A program made the translations under genes and the position numbers. A DNA stretch of 64,000 bases from Eledone cirrhosa (taxonomy: Eukaryota): contig OZ024740.1 of assembly GCA_964016885.1 (NCBI GenBank), positions 426,808,001 through 426,872,000 on the forward strand. Direction: 5' to 3'. Shown piece after piece: positions 29,606 to 44,320 of the stretch (its first letter is position 1; each line of letters starts with the position of its first letter). The notes under the pieces are model-generated. The model did not search any database. It was not told the DNA's origin and worked only from the letters and a program-made list of their open reading frames with translations.

Positions 29606-31703
29606 ATGGCTACGAAAAAGAAATTCCATACGTCACTCCCACTCATTCCGTCTTCTTCTTCCTCAATCATCACTACAGCAGAGAGAAGATTGTCTCTCTC
29701 CCTCCCTTCTTTAAATGTGTCTCTCTCCCTCCCTTCTCTTTCGCAAGTGACGAAAGAAAAGAAAAGTCTCGTGCAAAGCGTGCAAGGTTTCTCCACGACG
29801 ACGACGACAGCGACGAAACAGGTGTGCGGGAAATACGAAAACCCAGTTCATTCGTCTGACGTCAGGAATAATAGCAGTAGCAGCCGTAATAACAACAGCA
29901 ACAGTGACAATGAAAACAACAGTAGCAGCCGCAACAGCATCACCAGCAGCATAAACAACAACATCATTAGCAGCAGCAACACCAACAACATACACAGCAA
30001 CAGCGGCGGAGGCAGTAGTCGTAGTACCTGCAGCAACAACAAAAGTACCAGCAGCTCTGACGACAACAACAACAGCAGAGAAAAACCAATCTCATTTGCA
30101 GGTATTGCGAAAAACTTGGAAACAATCCTCATAACAAATGAGGAATTAGAGGAAGCGAAGAAGATGGTGACAAAGAACGGACACCGAGCAATCTGCAAGG
30201 CAGCGGAAAAATTTTTCGAAACCCAAGAGCACTGTATGGTCACGTACCGTACAGTAAGTACAAAATCCCGTAGGGTGGAAAGAGCCACAGAGGCCCAAAT
30301 ACAAAAAGCCTTGGGGTCTGTGTGGCAGCGGAAAACGCACATCACCCGAGGCAAAAAATATGCCACCGTAGACGTACTTTTTGCCACACCCCAGGAGGCA
30401 AAGGCCCAATCAGTAGTGACCCTAAGGAGCGAGGAAATGGTGTTGGTGCCCTCCTACTGCGGGCAAAAAATTGTGAGGGTCAAACTGACCCCCCCCCCCC
30501 CCCGGAATGACCCCTTCTTGGCTGGCCGCGTCTGTCCTCGTCGGAATCGAGGACAAAACAACTGTACTGCAAGTACAGAAAAAAGTAAGAGAAGATTGGG
30601 TCGGCTCCTCCATTGAGATGCTAATCCAAACCAACCAGGAGTGCATCGAAGCTATCCCGGATGTGATAGACTTCGATAACGGCACTCAACTGCCCATAAG
30701 TGTTGAGGGCAAACGCCCGAAATGCTTTCGCTGTGGATCGAAGACTCACCTCAGGGCCTTCTGCAACGAGAAGACCCTGAGAAAGGAGAAAACCCCCCTC
30801 CTTCCGAATCCGGCTCCACGGCTACCAGCAACAGGACAAGCGGCAACCAGGAACGATAGGTCCGTGGCACCCATACCCACTCCACGGAAATCAAAAACAG
30901 CAGCAGCAGTGGAAATATTAACAACAACAACAGCAATACCAAATGCAGCTGCAACAGAGACTCCAGTGCAAACATCACCAACAACAACAAGTGAAAGAGT
31001 GGAGCTGGTACCCCTCCCCGACCTCACAGAATCAGACATGGAGTGTGAGGTGGGAGAGGGATGGCAAAAGGTCGCAAGAAGGCACAAACGCAGAAGCAGC
31101 GCATCGTCGCCTTTGAAAAGGGAGGAAAGAAATGAGAAAAGGGTAAAGTCTACTGCAAAGAGACCCACAGCAGCAACACCACCAACACCATCACCACCCA
31201 CACCAGCACCACCATCACCACCGGCGACAACCCCACCGCCAACAACACCTTCAACACCACCACCACAAGCACCAACATCGCAAACACAACAACAAAACAC
31301 ACACACCCAGCAACAACGACAAGAAAATAGCAGAACCACACCCCACCCCCAGAAAAACAAATGCACGGCAATAAACACACACAACAAGAAACTAATGACT
31401 TACATAATTGAACACACAGACATTTCACAACAGGACTACATAATACCAGCACCAATCAAAACGCCAACTAACATAAGACTGCTAAAAATAGCACAGAAAC
31501 AATACACAAACATTAAAACGAAATTCCCCAACGCAGTTGGTGATTTCAGGGACCTAGGAGGAACCATCAATCGAAGAGTATATTCAGACATTCTCTTAGA
31601 AGAGCCGACGACCAGCCGAAGGGACGATTCAACGGTCCCTTCACCAGACGATCAAGTGAAAAGGGATGTAAAAACCATCCCTCCTCTACCAAAAGTACGG
31701 TAA
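29606..31703 (+). pseudogene. LINE ORF1, gag-like with CCHC zinc knuckle; frameshift at a poly-C run
   Basis: ORFs 29606-30616 and 30507-31703 join at the C run ~30489-30503. Contains ISFA, VEGKRPK-CFRCGSKTHLRAFC and GWQKVARR. Confidence 0.8.
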
Positions 31704-34700
31704 GTGGTCTTTCCCATCTTTTCCACTCTATTTTAAACATCACCTCACTCAGAATAGGCAGCATAAATGCACGTGGCTTGGGGTCGTCATAGAAGCAGGG
31801 TCACCTGCTCAACGACCTCAGGTCACTAAACATAGATGTAGTGGCCATCAGCGAGACCAGAATCTCCGAAGCACGGGCCTTCGCACCGATCTTCGGCGGC
31901 TACGATGTGTACGCATCTCCCAGCCGTCCTGGATCGGGTGGAGGAGTTGCTGTGCTTTTTCGGAGAGGTTTGGATCTCGCCATACGGGCCATCTTCCTGG
32001 ACCCAGAGGGTAAGCTGGTGGTGCTGGACGTGACCAGCGGAGACGGGCAAGCTTTCAGGCTAGTGGCCGTCTATGCCCCGACAGGAGCAGGGTGGCCTGA
32101 TTTCTTCCGGCGTCTGGAGACCTTTCTTGGAACGTCCCGCTCTTTAGTGTTAGTGGGCGACTGGAACGGGATCTTAGATGCACGCTGGGACTGTGTGGGA
32201 TTAGCGGATAGGGGTGGAGGGTGCAAAAGCCTCACCAACCTGCTCAGGCGTTTTGAACTGTCTGACAGGTACCGATTGGATTTCCCGAATGTGCCAATGT
32301 GGACTTGGACAAACCGCATAGGGTCATCCAGATCATATCTTGATAGAGTATTTTGTAGGGAAATAGATAGGTCTAGCATAGGCTGTCCACAATTCAAGAT
32401 AGTCAGCTACACGGACCACAAATTCGTGACCTGTGTGCTTGACTTAGATAGGCTTCATAGACGAGGACTCGGCTACTGGAAGCTAAACGCGTCCTTACCA
32501 GCGCGCAAGGCCTACAGAGACCGGATTAGCGAACTAGTTAAGCGGGCGTTGACGGGGGCCATCGTCAACAACAAGTGGTGGTTTGCTCTGAAAAGAGCGA
32601 TTAGAATAGAATCGATTAGGTTTAGTAAGGCTTTAGCAATAGAGAAAAATAGAGCAGAGGGAGAACTAGTTAGAAAATTAAACGAGGCGCTTAGCAAAGG
32701 CATTGCGACCGACGTGCTTGCGGCGAAATTGGCCCTTGACCAATTCTTCAATGCAAAGCACGAAGGCTGCGTTGTCAGAGCTAGGGTGCGTGCTCTCAGA
32801 CACGAGGGGACGAAAGCCGTTCAATGGGCCCGAGTGGTGGAGGCGCGTCGTGGCAACAAAGCCACGATCCAGTCTTTGGTGGACCACGACGGGCGCATGC
32901 TACTCGATCCCGGGCAAACGTGTGAAGCTTTTCAGCGACACTTCGCTCAACTCTTCGGGGGCAGCGGGGGGCCGGGTAGAGGGATGGACTTTAGTGTCTT
33001 CCTCGACAGACTGCCGCGACTCTCGGCCACTGAGGCGAAGTGTTGCGAAAAGCCGATAACAGCCGCTGAAGTAAGGGATGCAATGACTGGCTGCACAAGG
33101 GGTAAATCGCCTGGTTTGGATGGTCTGCCCTATGAACTTTACGTACAGATGCCAGACTTGTTCGGAGGCCTCTTGGCGGACGTCTACTGCAACTGGCAAC
33201 AGAACGGGAGAATTCCCAGTTCTGTGAGCCGAGGAGCGGTGGCACTGCTGAGAAAGGATCCGAACAAGGGGGATAACATAGACAATTCCCGGCCCATAAC
33301 TCTGCTAAACACAGAGTTCAAGATTTTGGCCAAGGTGCTAGCAAAGAGGTTGGCGCTTGTCGTTGGTGGTCTGGTGGGAGAGGCGCAGACATGCGCCATT
33401 CCCGACATATCCATCCACGACAACCTCCACCTCATGCGATACATCATAGAGAGGGTAGCTAAGGAACCTGGCACGGGTGGGTCCTTGATCAATTTAGATC
33501 AGTCGAAAGCATTCGATAGGGTCGACCATCGTTACCTAGCGGCAGTCCTGAGGGCGGCTGGCTTTGGGCCCGTCTTCAGAGGCTGGATCGCTGCCATGCA
33601 CAGCGACATCTGCTCTGTGGTGAGAGTGAACGGTCACCTGTCGGAACCGTTCAACATCATGCGCTCGGTCCGCCAAGTATGTCCCCTCTCGTCCCTCTTG
33701 TACGTATTGACTCTCGAGCCATTACTGCACAAACTGGAGACGTTGAGGGGAGTCCCGCGCGAACTAGGATGCGGAAGATCCGTGTCAGCATATGCGGACG
33801 ATGTCACCGTAGTGGTGTCGAACGCCAAACACATCGAGGCGATCGGCACTACACTAAGAGAATACGAAGCGGTGACAGGAGCAATGATCAACCAGGAAAA
33901 GTCAGTGGGCCTGCAGCTCGGCATCTGGAGAGGCAGGTCCATGCCGTCCAACAGCGTCGTCGGACGCTGGACGGACGGACCGGTTAAATTGCTAGGGGTC
34001 TGGTTCGGTCCGGACCTCCAGACGGACAAAAACTGGGACGAGGTGACGAGCAGGGTGGCTTCTCTCACCCAGAAATGGGCGGAGAGGAAGCTATCCCTGA
34101 AAGGTCGAGCGGAGGTGGCTACCGCGTACATCGCGTCTGTCATCTGCTACCGCCTGACCGTCGTACCTTGTCCTAAGCCTCGCCTGACTGCGCTGGAGCG
34201 CTTGCTCTTTCGCTTTTTGTGGAAGGGACGTGCTCCGATGGTGAGGCGGTCCATCTGTTGTTAACACCCGCTACGTGGAAGGCTGGGCATGCCGTGGCTG
34301 ATGATGCGCAGGCACGCGCTCAGGCTACGACATCTCCACCTCTTCCTCGACGGTGATCAGGTGTGGTCGCCGTTTGCTAGGCGCGTATTTCCCCAGCTCG
34401 TTTCCTTGACGGAGCTGCAGTCCTGGGTCAAGCGAAGACCGAGAGGGAGCGCCTGGAGACTGGAATGTCTTCAGGCGCTCACAGCCCTCGACCAATCGGG
34501 CAATGTGATCGGTGGAAACTCCACCTCGGCGTTCTATAGAGGATTAGTGGAGGGTAAGAGCGACGACGTACTTGGGGAAACTCTAGGCGTCGACGAAAAT
34601 CAACTAGCCAATCTCTTCGGAAGAACTTTCGGGCCGGGGCCTATGGACAACTTCCAGAAATCTCTGGCCTGGCAGTGCTACCGAGGAGCCTTGCCAGTTC

Positions 34701-35159
34701 GGGATAAACTCTACAGGCATGGAGGTGCCGTCAGCCGGGCATGTCCGAGATGCGCGCAGGGCGACGAAAACCGTCCTGCACGCACTCGTCCAGTGTCCGA
34801 AAATTGCTGACTTGTGGGTTTATGTCGAACACCTGCTGTCGCGTTTAGGACGGATCCGGCTATCATCTGAGTCCATCGTGAGGATTGCCCCGCCCTCCTC
34901 CTTTAGCCGGGAAGGGCAGGCAGTTTTTATCTGTCTGGTGGCCATGGCGAAAGAGATAGTATGGTGGACACGTTTGAAAGGGCTGAAGACGAGCACTTAC
35001 CTCTTCGGTGATGCTCTGATTGACTTTTTCAAATTTCATTTGAAAAGGAAAATCAGAGTAGAGAGGGAAGTGCTCTCTTCCCAGCATTTTGTTGAAAGAT
35101 GGGTGAGAGAAGCAAGAATGGCCCGAGTGAATGGGCCTACTCTGAGTATATATCTGTAA
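31697..35159 (+). pseudogene. LINE ORF2: APE endonuclease + RT + C-terminal Cys domain, disrupted
   Basis: INARGL, ISET, VYAP, GDWN, SYLDR, TDH; KSPGLDG, RPITLLN, LDQSKAFDRV, SVRQVCPLS, AYADD; CPRC..HALVQC. Stops at 31790 and 34262, frameshift near 34770; start uncertain. Confidence 0.93.
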
Positions 35160-36194
35160 ATTAAAGGTGGAAAACTGGGAGAGGGCACTTGCCTTGGTGG
35201 TCAGGGCCATTGTGGCTTTTTACTGGGCTTTCTCCACAAATGTCCCTCCGAAGTCTCCCCCCCTATTGGGGAATTTTTCATTGTTATTTTCATTGTTATT
35301 TTTGTTACATCCTCTGTTTTTGTTTTTTACACGCAAAAATGCCCATTTGTACCGTCCTGCATTGTCCTGCACTGTCCTTAATGTCTACTTTATGTAAACC
35401 CTTGTGGTTAATAAAGAAATCATTATTGTTATTATTATTATTATTATTATTACTATTATTATTATTATTATTTTGCTTTTCTTTGTATATTTTGTTACAA
35501 TCTTTGGCTGGGTGATTAATTTCTGAGATTGAACAAAATAATCGATTATATAGACATTAGAATATATCTGCTATATTTTTATATATATTACCACCATTTA
35601 ATGGATGAAAAGGGAAACTGCACTCAGCTGGATTTAAATCCCGAAAGTAAAGGGGCGTAACTAACAAGCCCATACCATTTAGCTGTATGCTACAATGTCC
35701 CTGTAAATAAGCCGCCCTTAGAAGTGTTCTATACTTAACGAAACTTCAGAAACCATTCTACTGTGATGGAAATTTTGTTTTTAAGCATACAAGTGTTTGC
35801 TGGACGACTCTTTGTTTAGTGGGTATATTCCTTTTAACTTTATATATATTCGCTTGAGAAGAAACGAGTGAGTAGTGACGGATATCATCGACTAAGTCAG
35901 CCATGACCAATAGAGGGCTCTGCAGGTATCCATATCAGTAGTACACAAGTGACTGATAATTTTAACTTGAATAGTTACGCTTGAAAACATTTCGTTGGCA
36001 GTCCCTTTTCTCACATATTTTGTCTCAATATGTAAAGTGTCATTAGACATACATACGTACATATATACATACATACTGATATAAATACATACGTACATAC
36101 TGTCATACATATACATACATTCATATATACATACGTACTTATAAATATACACACATACATATATACATATATAAATAAATACATACATACATTC

Positions 36195-36760
36195 ATGGTG
36201 GCTGCCAACTCGTTTTCGAGTACGGCCACTACTTTATATCCATGTAGGAGAACCCCTACCGATGCGCTGAACGAGTGTGGCTTTTTAGTCCAGCCAGCGA
36301 CTTGAAAACTCTGGTACAAACACTACACTTGTGACAATTATTGACACATAGTGCTGAGCTCTTGGTACCATGTGATGACAAGTGCAGAGAGATCTCCAGA
36401 TATAAAGCAATGCATGTGCCGTGAAGCTTTTATAGTGAGCAAAGGCACTGCACAAAGCCAGTCCCACTCTCTTAACCAAGATGATATTTACCAAAAAGAA
36501 GAACAAGTCAACATCATTGGATACCATCAGGGTTGCAGGTGTTATATCAGAGTTTTCCTTCTCCAAGAATTCTGCCTTGACAAAGGCTAAGGGGTCATCT
36601 CTCCCGGTGATTTTAGATGGCCATTGACTCTTAAGAGCTCCTTTGCCATTTGACAGGTTTTGTTTTTAGTCCTGCAGGTTGCCAGTTTAGTCGCCAACGA
36701 CCCGATAATGGGACAGGTTGTACTAGGATAATGTTACCAGTAGCACCAACTATGTCAGGT
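36195..36760 (+). repeat. Unclassified interspersed repeat, with a diverged second copy at ~36925-37540
   Basis: Shared blocks: tcgagta(c/t)ggcca, tcccactctct, aaaagaaga..tcaacatcat, gcc(t/c)tgacaaaggcta.ggggtc, gatggcc.ttgactctta, acaggttgtact. Also matches 1-62. Confidence 0.7.
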
Positions 36761-38507
36761 CACATGCACATGCATATATATACATACATACGTACATACA
36801 TACATACGTGCGTACACACATACATACGTACATACATATATACATACACAGTTGTAAAAATGCAGACATATATATACATTTACATGCAAACATGCATAAT
36901 ACATACATACATACATCCATACATGATGCCTGGCCCCTCATTATCGAGTATGGCCAATGCACGATATACTATTATTAATAATTATTAATTAATTCCGTCG
37001 TCCAATGCCTGTGCGCAAATAATTTTTTTAAGTGAGGAAAGACTATGCACTGAGCCACTCCCACTCTCTGGGCGACAGTAGCTATAACTCGAAAAGAAGA
37101 AAAGATCAACATCATCGGTAACTTCTGACCACAGGTTTTATGTCTGAGTTATCCCAGTTTCCTGAGTAGCCTTCTCCTAGAATAATGCCCTGACAAAGGC
37201 TAGGGGTCCTTCACTCCCGGTGGTTTAATCGGGTGATCGAGTGTCAAGCCCGACTATTTCTATGTCCCGCGCATATACATACACATGCACCCATGCATAT
37301 ACACATATACATATACACACACATTTACATGTGTATATACATATTTACACACCTTTGGATGGCCGTTGACTCTTATGAGTTCTTCCGCCCTTTGTCAGGT
37401 TTTTTTTTGTCCTGCAGGGTGTCCAAAATCACCCTCCTCACCAAGTAAACTTGGTGGGGTTGCCGGTTTAGTCGCACACGACCCGACCATGCGACAGGTT
37501 GTACTGGGTTACATGTTACCAGTAGTACTCAAGAGTGACCCGACATAACATCTATGTTATATATGTATGTACATACATAAATACATACATACGTACATAC
37601 ATACAAACATACATACATACGTACACACATACACACGTACATACATATATACATATATACATACACACTTATAAACATGCCGACCAGTGGCTAAGGGTAA
37701 CCTGGAAAGCAGGGCATGCAGTCCAATCGCCATGGCGGAAAGCGGGGCTGTGCAGCCTTACCCCACGGCCAATTACCTTTAAATGACTCTCCCGGTCAAA
37801 GCCGCATGTAGTGTTATCTATTGTGTGTGTGTGTGTGTTATCTTTTTATGTGTCTAAGATTTAGCAAGCAGCCAACATTCTGCTTGCTTCAACCGACGCT
37901 GTCGTGAGTGTGTGTGTGTGTGTGTGTGTGTTATATTTTATGGGTCTACGATATAGTAATCAGCCAAAATTCTGTTTGCTTCAACCTACGCTGTCATCTG
38001 TCTGTGTGTATGTGTGTGTGTGTATTATTTTCTATGTGTCTACGAGTTAGTAAGCAGTCAAAATTCTGCTTGCTTCAACCTGACGCAATTGATCAACTCA
38101 AGATTCTATAACGCATGCACTGCATGCGTTGCATGCACGCACCCTTCGCCCCTGATGCAGACATATATATACATATACATGCAAACATGCATAATACATA
38201 CATACATACAGCCATACATACATACATGTGAAGCAGGCATGACTGTGTAGTTAGTTAAAGGAATTCGTTTTACAACCATATGACATGGAGTTCAATCTCT
38301 CTTGAAAGTTCGAAGACTAACGATTACAAGATAGAACGGCGTGAAAGCCAGAGAAAGATGAAGGAAGAATAGTTGTATTTAACCGGATAACATAAGACAA
38401 TAAGAAGGCAGTAGCAATAAAGACACCCCTGATAACATATGACAATAAGAAGGCAGCAATAAAGACACCACTGATGGTGAAACTTGGTGTTTCTGGAAAC
38501 TGATAAA

Positions 38508-38693
38508 ATAATTGTTTCTACTTTTGGCACAAGGCCAGCAATTATGCCAGTCCATTACTGGTACTTTATTTTATCAATCATGCAAGGATGAAAGGCAAAG
38601 TTAACCTCGGTGCGATTTGAACTCAGAGCGTAAAGGGATGTAACTCTTTGCTGCAAAGCATGGCGTACGACCCTCTACCGATACTGCCAATCC
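38508..38693 (-). mobile_element. tRNA-derived SINE
   Basis: Reverse-complement homolog of 15691-15886. Confidence 0.85.
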
Positions 38694-38825
38694 TAATAGT
38701 TCGTTTGAAATTTGTTGTAGTTCGAAACGAACTATTGTGACCGTATGATATATAAGATGGTTCTTCTAAGGTAATTGAGACTAGAAAGGGGTCGTCGCTT
38801 CAACACGACCTTAATAAAAAGTTGT

Positions 38826-40460
38826 TCATCAACTTATAGACCCATAAACTCCTACAGATCAGTGTATATTTCATAAACATCTAGACCCATAAGTTCCCAT
38901 AGATCAGGGTATATTTCATCAATTTATAGACTCATAAGTTGCCACAGATCAGTGTATATTTCATCAACTTATAGACACATTAGTTGCCACAGATCAGTGT
39001 ATATTTCATCAACTTATAGACACATTAGTTGCCACAGATCAGTGTATATTTCATCAACTTATAGACCCATAATTTCCCACAGAGCAGTGTATATTTCATA
39101 AATTTATAGACTCATAAGTTCCCACACAGATCAGTGTATATTTCATCAACGTATAGACTCATAAGTTCCCAAAGATCAGTGTATATTTCATCAACATATA
39201 GACCCATCTTTTCCCACAGATAAGTGGATATTTTATCACCTTATAGACTCATAAGTTCCCACACAGATCAGTGTATATTTCATCAACTTATAGACCCATA
39301 CGTTTCCACAGATCAGTTTATATTTCATCAACTTATAGAACCCTTAGTTCCCACAGATCAGTGTATATTTCCTCAACTTATAGACCCATAAGTTCCAACA
39401 TATCAGTGTATATTTCATCAACTTATAGACTCATAAGTTCCCACACAGATCAGTGTATATTTCATCAACTTATAGACCCATAAGTTCCCACAGATCAGTG
39501 TATATTTCATCAACTTATAGACCCATAATTTCCCACAGATCAGTGTATAGTTCATCAACTTATAGATCCATAAGTTCCCACAGATCAGTGTATATTTCAT
39601 CAACTTATAGATCCATAAGTTCCCACAGATCAGTGTATAGTTCATCAATTTATAGACCCATAAGTTCCCACAGATCAGTGTATAGTTCATCAACTTATAG
39701 ACCCATAAGTTCCCACAGATCAGTGTATATTTCCTCAACTTATAGACCCATAAGTTCCCACAGATCAGTGTATAGTTCATCAACTTATAGATCCATAAGT
39801 TCCCACAGATCAGTGTATATTTCATCAACTTATAGATTCATAATTTCCCACAGATCAGTGTATAGTTCATCAACTTATAGATCCATAAGTTCCCACAGAT
39901 CAGTGTATATTTCATCAACTTATAGATCCATAAGTTCCCACAGATCAGTGTATAGTTCATCAACTTATAGACCCATAAGTTCCCACAGATCAGTGTATAT
40001 TTCCTCAACTTATAGACCCATAAGTTCCCACAAATCAGTGTATATTTCCTCAACTTATAGACACATATGTTGCCACAGATCAGTGTATATTTCATCAACT
40101 TATAGACCCATAATTTCCCACAGATCAGTGTATATTTCCTCAACTTATAGACCCATAAGTTGCCACAGATCAGTGTATAGTTCATCAACTTATAGATCCA
40201 TAAGTTCCCACAGTCAGTGTATAGTTCATCAATTTATAGACCCATAAGTTCCCACAGATCAGCGTATAGTTCATCAACTTATAGACCCATAAGTTCCCAC
40301 AGATCAGTGTATATTTCCTCAACTTATAGACCCATAAGTTCCCACAAATCAGTGTATATTTCCTCAACTTATAGACCCATAAGTTGCCACAGATCAGTGT
40401 ATAGTTCATCAACTTATAGATCCATAAGTTCCCACAGTCAGTGTATAGTTCATCAACTTA
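38826..40460. repeat. 45-bp minisatellite, ~36 copies
   Basis: Unit tcatcaacttatagacccataagttcccacagatcagtgtatatt. Confidence 0.97.
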
Positions 40461-40515
40461 TCATAAATAACAATATAAACCTGTAACAGAAATAATCACA
40501 TTAATGGGTAAGTAC

Positions 40516-41924
40516 GCACCAACTCCACCACCAACAGCAACAACTGCAACAACAACACCAACAACAACAACACCACCAACAACACCACTACCACCACCAC
40601 CACCAACAACAACAATAACACCAACACCAACACTGCCACCACCACCACCTCCACCACCAACAACAACAACTGCAACAACAACAACACCAACAACAACAAC
40701 ACCACCACCAGCAACACCACCAACATCACCACCAGCTCTTCCACCACCACCACCACCACCACCAACAACAATAATACCAACACCAACACTGCCACCACCA
40801 CCACCTCCACCACCAACAACAACAACTGCAACAACAACAACACCAACAACAACAACTGCAACAACAACAACACCAACAACAACACCACCACCAGCAACAC
40901 CACCAACACCACCAACAACACCACCACCACCACCACCTCCACCACCAACAACAACATCTGCAACAACAGCAACAACAACAACAACACCACCAATACCACC
41001 ACCACCACCACCAACAACAACAACAATAACACCAACACCAACACTGCCACCACCACCACCTCCACCACCAACAACAACATCTGCAACAACAACAACAACA
41101 ACACCACCACCAACACCACCACAACCACCACCACCACCACCACCACCACCACCACCACCAACAATAACACCAACACCAACACTGCCACCGCCAACAACAA
41201 CATCTGCAACAACAACAACACCAACAACAACAACACCACCACCAGCAACACCACCAACACCACCAACAACACCACCACCACCACCACCACCACCACCACC
41301 ACCACCACCAACAATAACACCAACACCAACACTGCCACCACCACCACCACCACCACCACCACCACCACCAACAATAACACCAACACCAACACTGCCACCA
41401 CCACCACCACCACCACCTCCACCACCAACAACAACAACTGCAACAACAACAACACCAACAACAACAACACCACCACCAGCAACACCACCAACATCACCAC
41501 CAGCTCTTCCACCACCACCACCACCACCACCACCACCAACAATAATACCAACACCAACACTGCCACCACCACCACCTCCACCACCAACAACAACAACTGC
41601 AACAACAACAACACCAACAACAACACCACCACCAGCAACACCACCAACATCACCACCAGCTCTTCCACCACCACCACCACCACCACCACCAATAATACCA
41701 ACACCAACACTGCCACTACCACCACCTCCACCACCAACAACAACAACTGCAACAACAACAACTGCAACAACAACAACACCAACAACAACACCACCACCAG
41801 CAACACCACCAACACCAACACCAACACTGCCACCACCACCACCTCCACCATCACCAACAACAACACCACCACCAGCAACACCACCAACATCACCACCAAC
41901 ACTGCCACCAACACTGCCACCACC

Positions 41925-41955
<31 letters not shown>

Positions 41956-42680
41956 CCAACAACAACAACACCACCACCAGCACCACCACCAACATCACCA
42001 CCAACACTGCCACCACCACCACCTCCACCACCAACAACAATAACACCAACACCAACACTGCCACCACCACCACCACAACCACCAACAACAACAATAACAC
42101 CAACACCAACACTGCCACCACCACCACCACCTCCACCAACAACAACAATAACACCAACACCAACACTGCCACCACCACCACCACCTCCACCAACAACAAC
42201 AATAACACCAACACCAACACTGCCACCACCACCACCACCTCTACCAACAACAACAATAACACCAACACCAACACTGCCACCACCACCACCACCTCTACCA
42301 GCAACAACAATAACACCAACACCAACACTGCCACCACCACCACCACCTCCACCAACAACAACAATAACACCAACACCAACACTGCCACCCCAACCACCTC
42401 CACCACCAACAACAACAATAACACCAACACCAACACTGCCACCACCACCACCACCTCCACCAACAACAACAATAACACCAACACCAACACTGCCACCACC
42501 ACCACCTCCACCACCAACAACAACAATAACACCAACACCAACACTGCCACCACCACCACCTCCACCACCAACAACAATAACACCAACACCAACACTGCCA
42601 CCACCACCACCACCTCCACCAGCAACACCACCAACAACACCACCAACATCACCACCAACACTGCCACCTACACTGCCACC

Positions 42681-42711
<31 letters not shown>

Positions 42712-43017
42712 CCAACAACAACAACACCACCACCAGCACCACCACCAACATCACCACCAACACTGCCACCACCACCACCACCACCAACAACAACAACAAT
42801 AACACCAACACCAACACTGCCACCACCACCACCTCCACCACCAACAACAACAATAACACCAACAACAACAACACCACCACCAGCACCACCACCAACATCA
42901 CCACCAACACTGCCACCACCACCACCACCACCAACAACAACAACAATAACACCAACACCAACACTGCCACCACCACCACCTCCACCACCAACAACAATAA
43001 CACCAACACCAACACTG

Positions 43018-43053
<36 letters not shown>

Positions 43054-44320
43054 CCAACACCATCACTGCCACCACCACCACCTCCACCACCAACAACAAT
43101 AACACCAACAAAAACACTGCCACCACCACCACCTCCACCACCAACAACAATAACACCAACACCAACACTGCCACCAACACCACCACCACCAACAACAACA
43201 ATAACACCAACACCAACACTGCCACCACCACCACCTCCACCACCAACAACAACAATAACACCAACAACAACAACACCACCACCAGCACCACCACCAACAC
43301 CAACACCAACACTGCCACCACCACCACATCCACCACCAACAACAATAACACCAACACCAACACTGCCACCACCACCACCACCAACAACAACAACAATAAC
43401 ACCAACACCAACACTGCCACCACCACCACCACCACCAACAACAACAACAATAACACCAACACCAACACTGCCACCACCACCACCTCCACCACCAACAACA
43501 ATAACACCAACACCAACACTGCCACCACCACCACCACCACCAACAACAACAATAACACCAACACCATCACTGCCACCACCACCACCTCCACCACCAACAA
43601 CAATAACACCAAAACCAACACTGCCACCACCACCACCTCCACCACCAACAACAATAACACCAACACCAACACTGCCACCACCACCACCACCAACAACAAC
43701 AACAATAACACCAACACCAACACTGCCACCACCACCACCTCCACCACCAACAACAATAACACCAACACCAACACTGCCACCACCACCACCTCCACCACCA
43801 ACAACAATAACACCAACACCAACACTGCCACCACCACCACCACCAACAACAACAACAATAACACCAACACCAACACTGCCACCACCACCACCTCCACCAC
43901 CAACAACAATAACACCAACACCAACACTGCCACCACCACCACCACCACCAACAACAACAATAACACCAACACCATCACTGCCACCACCACCACCTCCACC
44001 ACCAACAACAATAACACCAAAACCAACACTGCCACCACCACCACCTCCACCACCAACAACAATAACACCAACACCAACACTGCCACCACCACCACCACCA
44101 ACAACAACAACAATAACACCAACACCAACACTGCCACCACCACCACCTCCACCACCAACAACAATAACACCAACACCAACACTGCCACCACCACCACCTC
44201 CACCACCAACAACAATAACACCAACACCAACACTGCCACCACCACCACCACCAACAACAACAACAATAACACCAACACCAACACTGCCACCACCACCACC
44301 TCCACCACCAACAACAACAT
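40516..44320. repeat. ~3.8-kb compound (CCA/ACA) array with a higher-order unit of ~45-51 bp
   Basis: Recurring ataacaccaacaccaacactg(cca)n(aca)n. Confidence 0.96.

Larger units (their letters stand above)
29391..35420 (+). mobile_element. Near-full-length Tx1/L1-type LINE inserted in a (TTA)n tract
   Basis: 5' UTR, ORF1, ORF2, 3' UTR with AATAAA at ~35410. (TTA)n on both sides (29371-29390, 35421-35471). Confidence 0.92.

Noticed and set aside
35590-35690. Degenerate SINE-like remnants (also ~38230-38300 and ~44520-44600)
   Set aside because: Too diverged to bound or classify by eye.
38826-40460. CRISPR-like appearance of the 45-bp and 30-bp arrays
   Set aside because: Contiguous tandem units without unique spacers, no cas genes, eukaryotic context.
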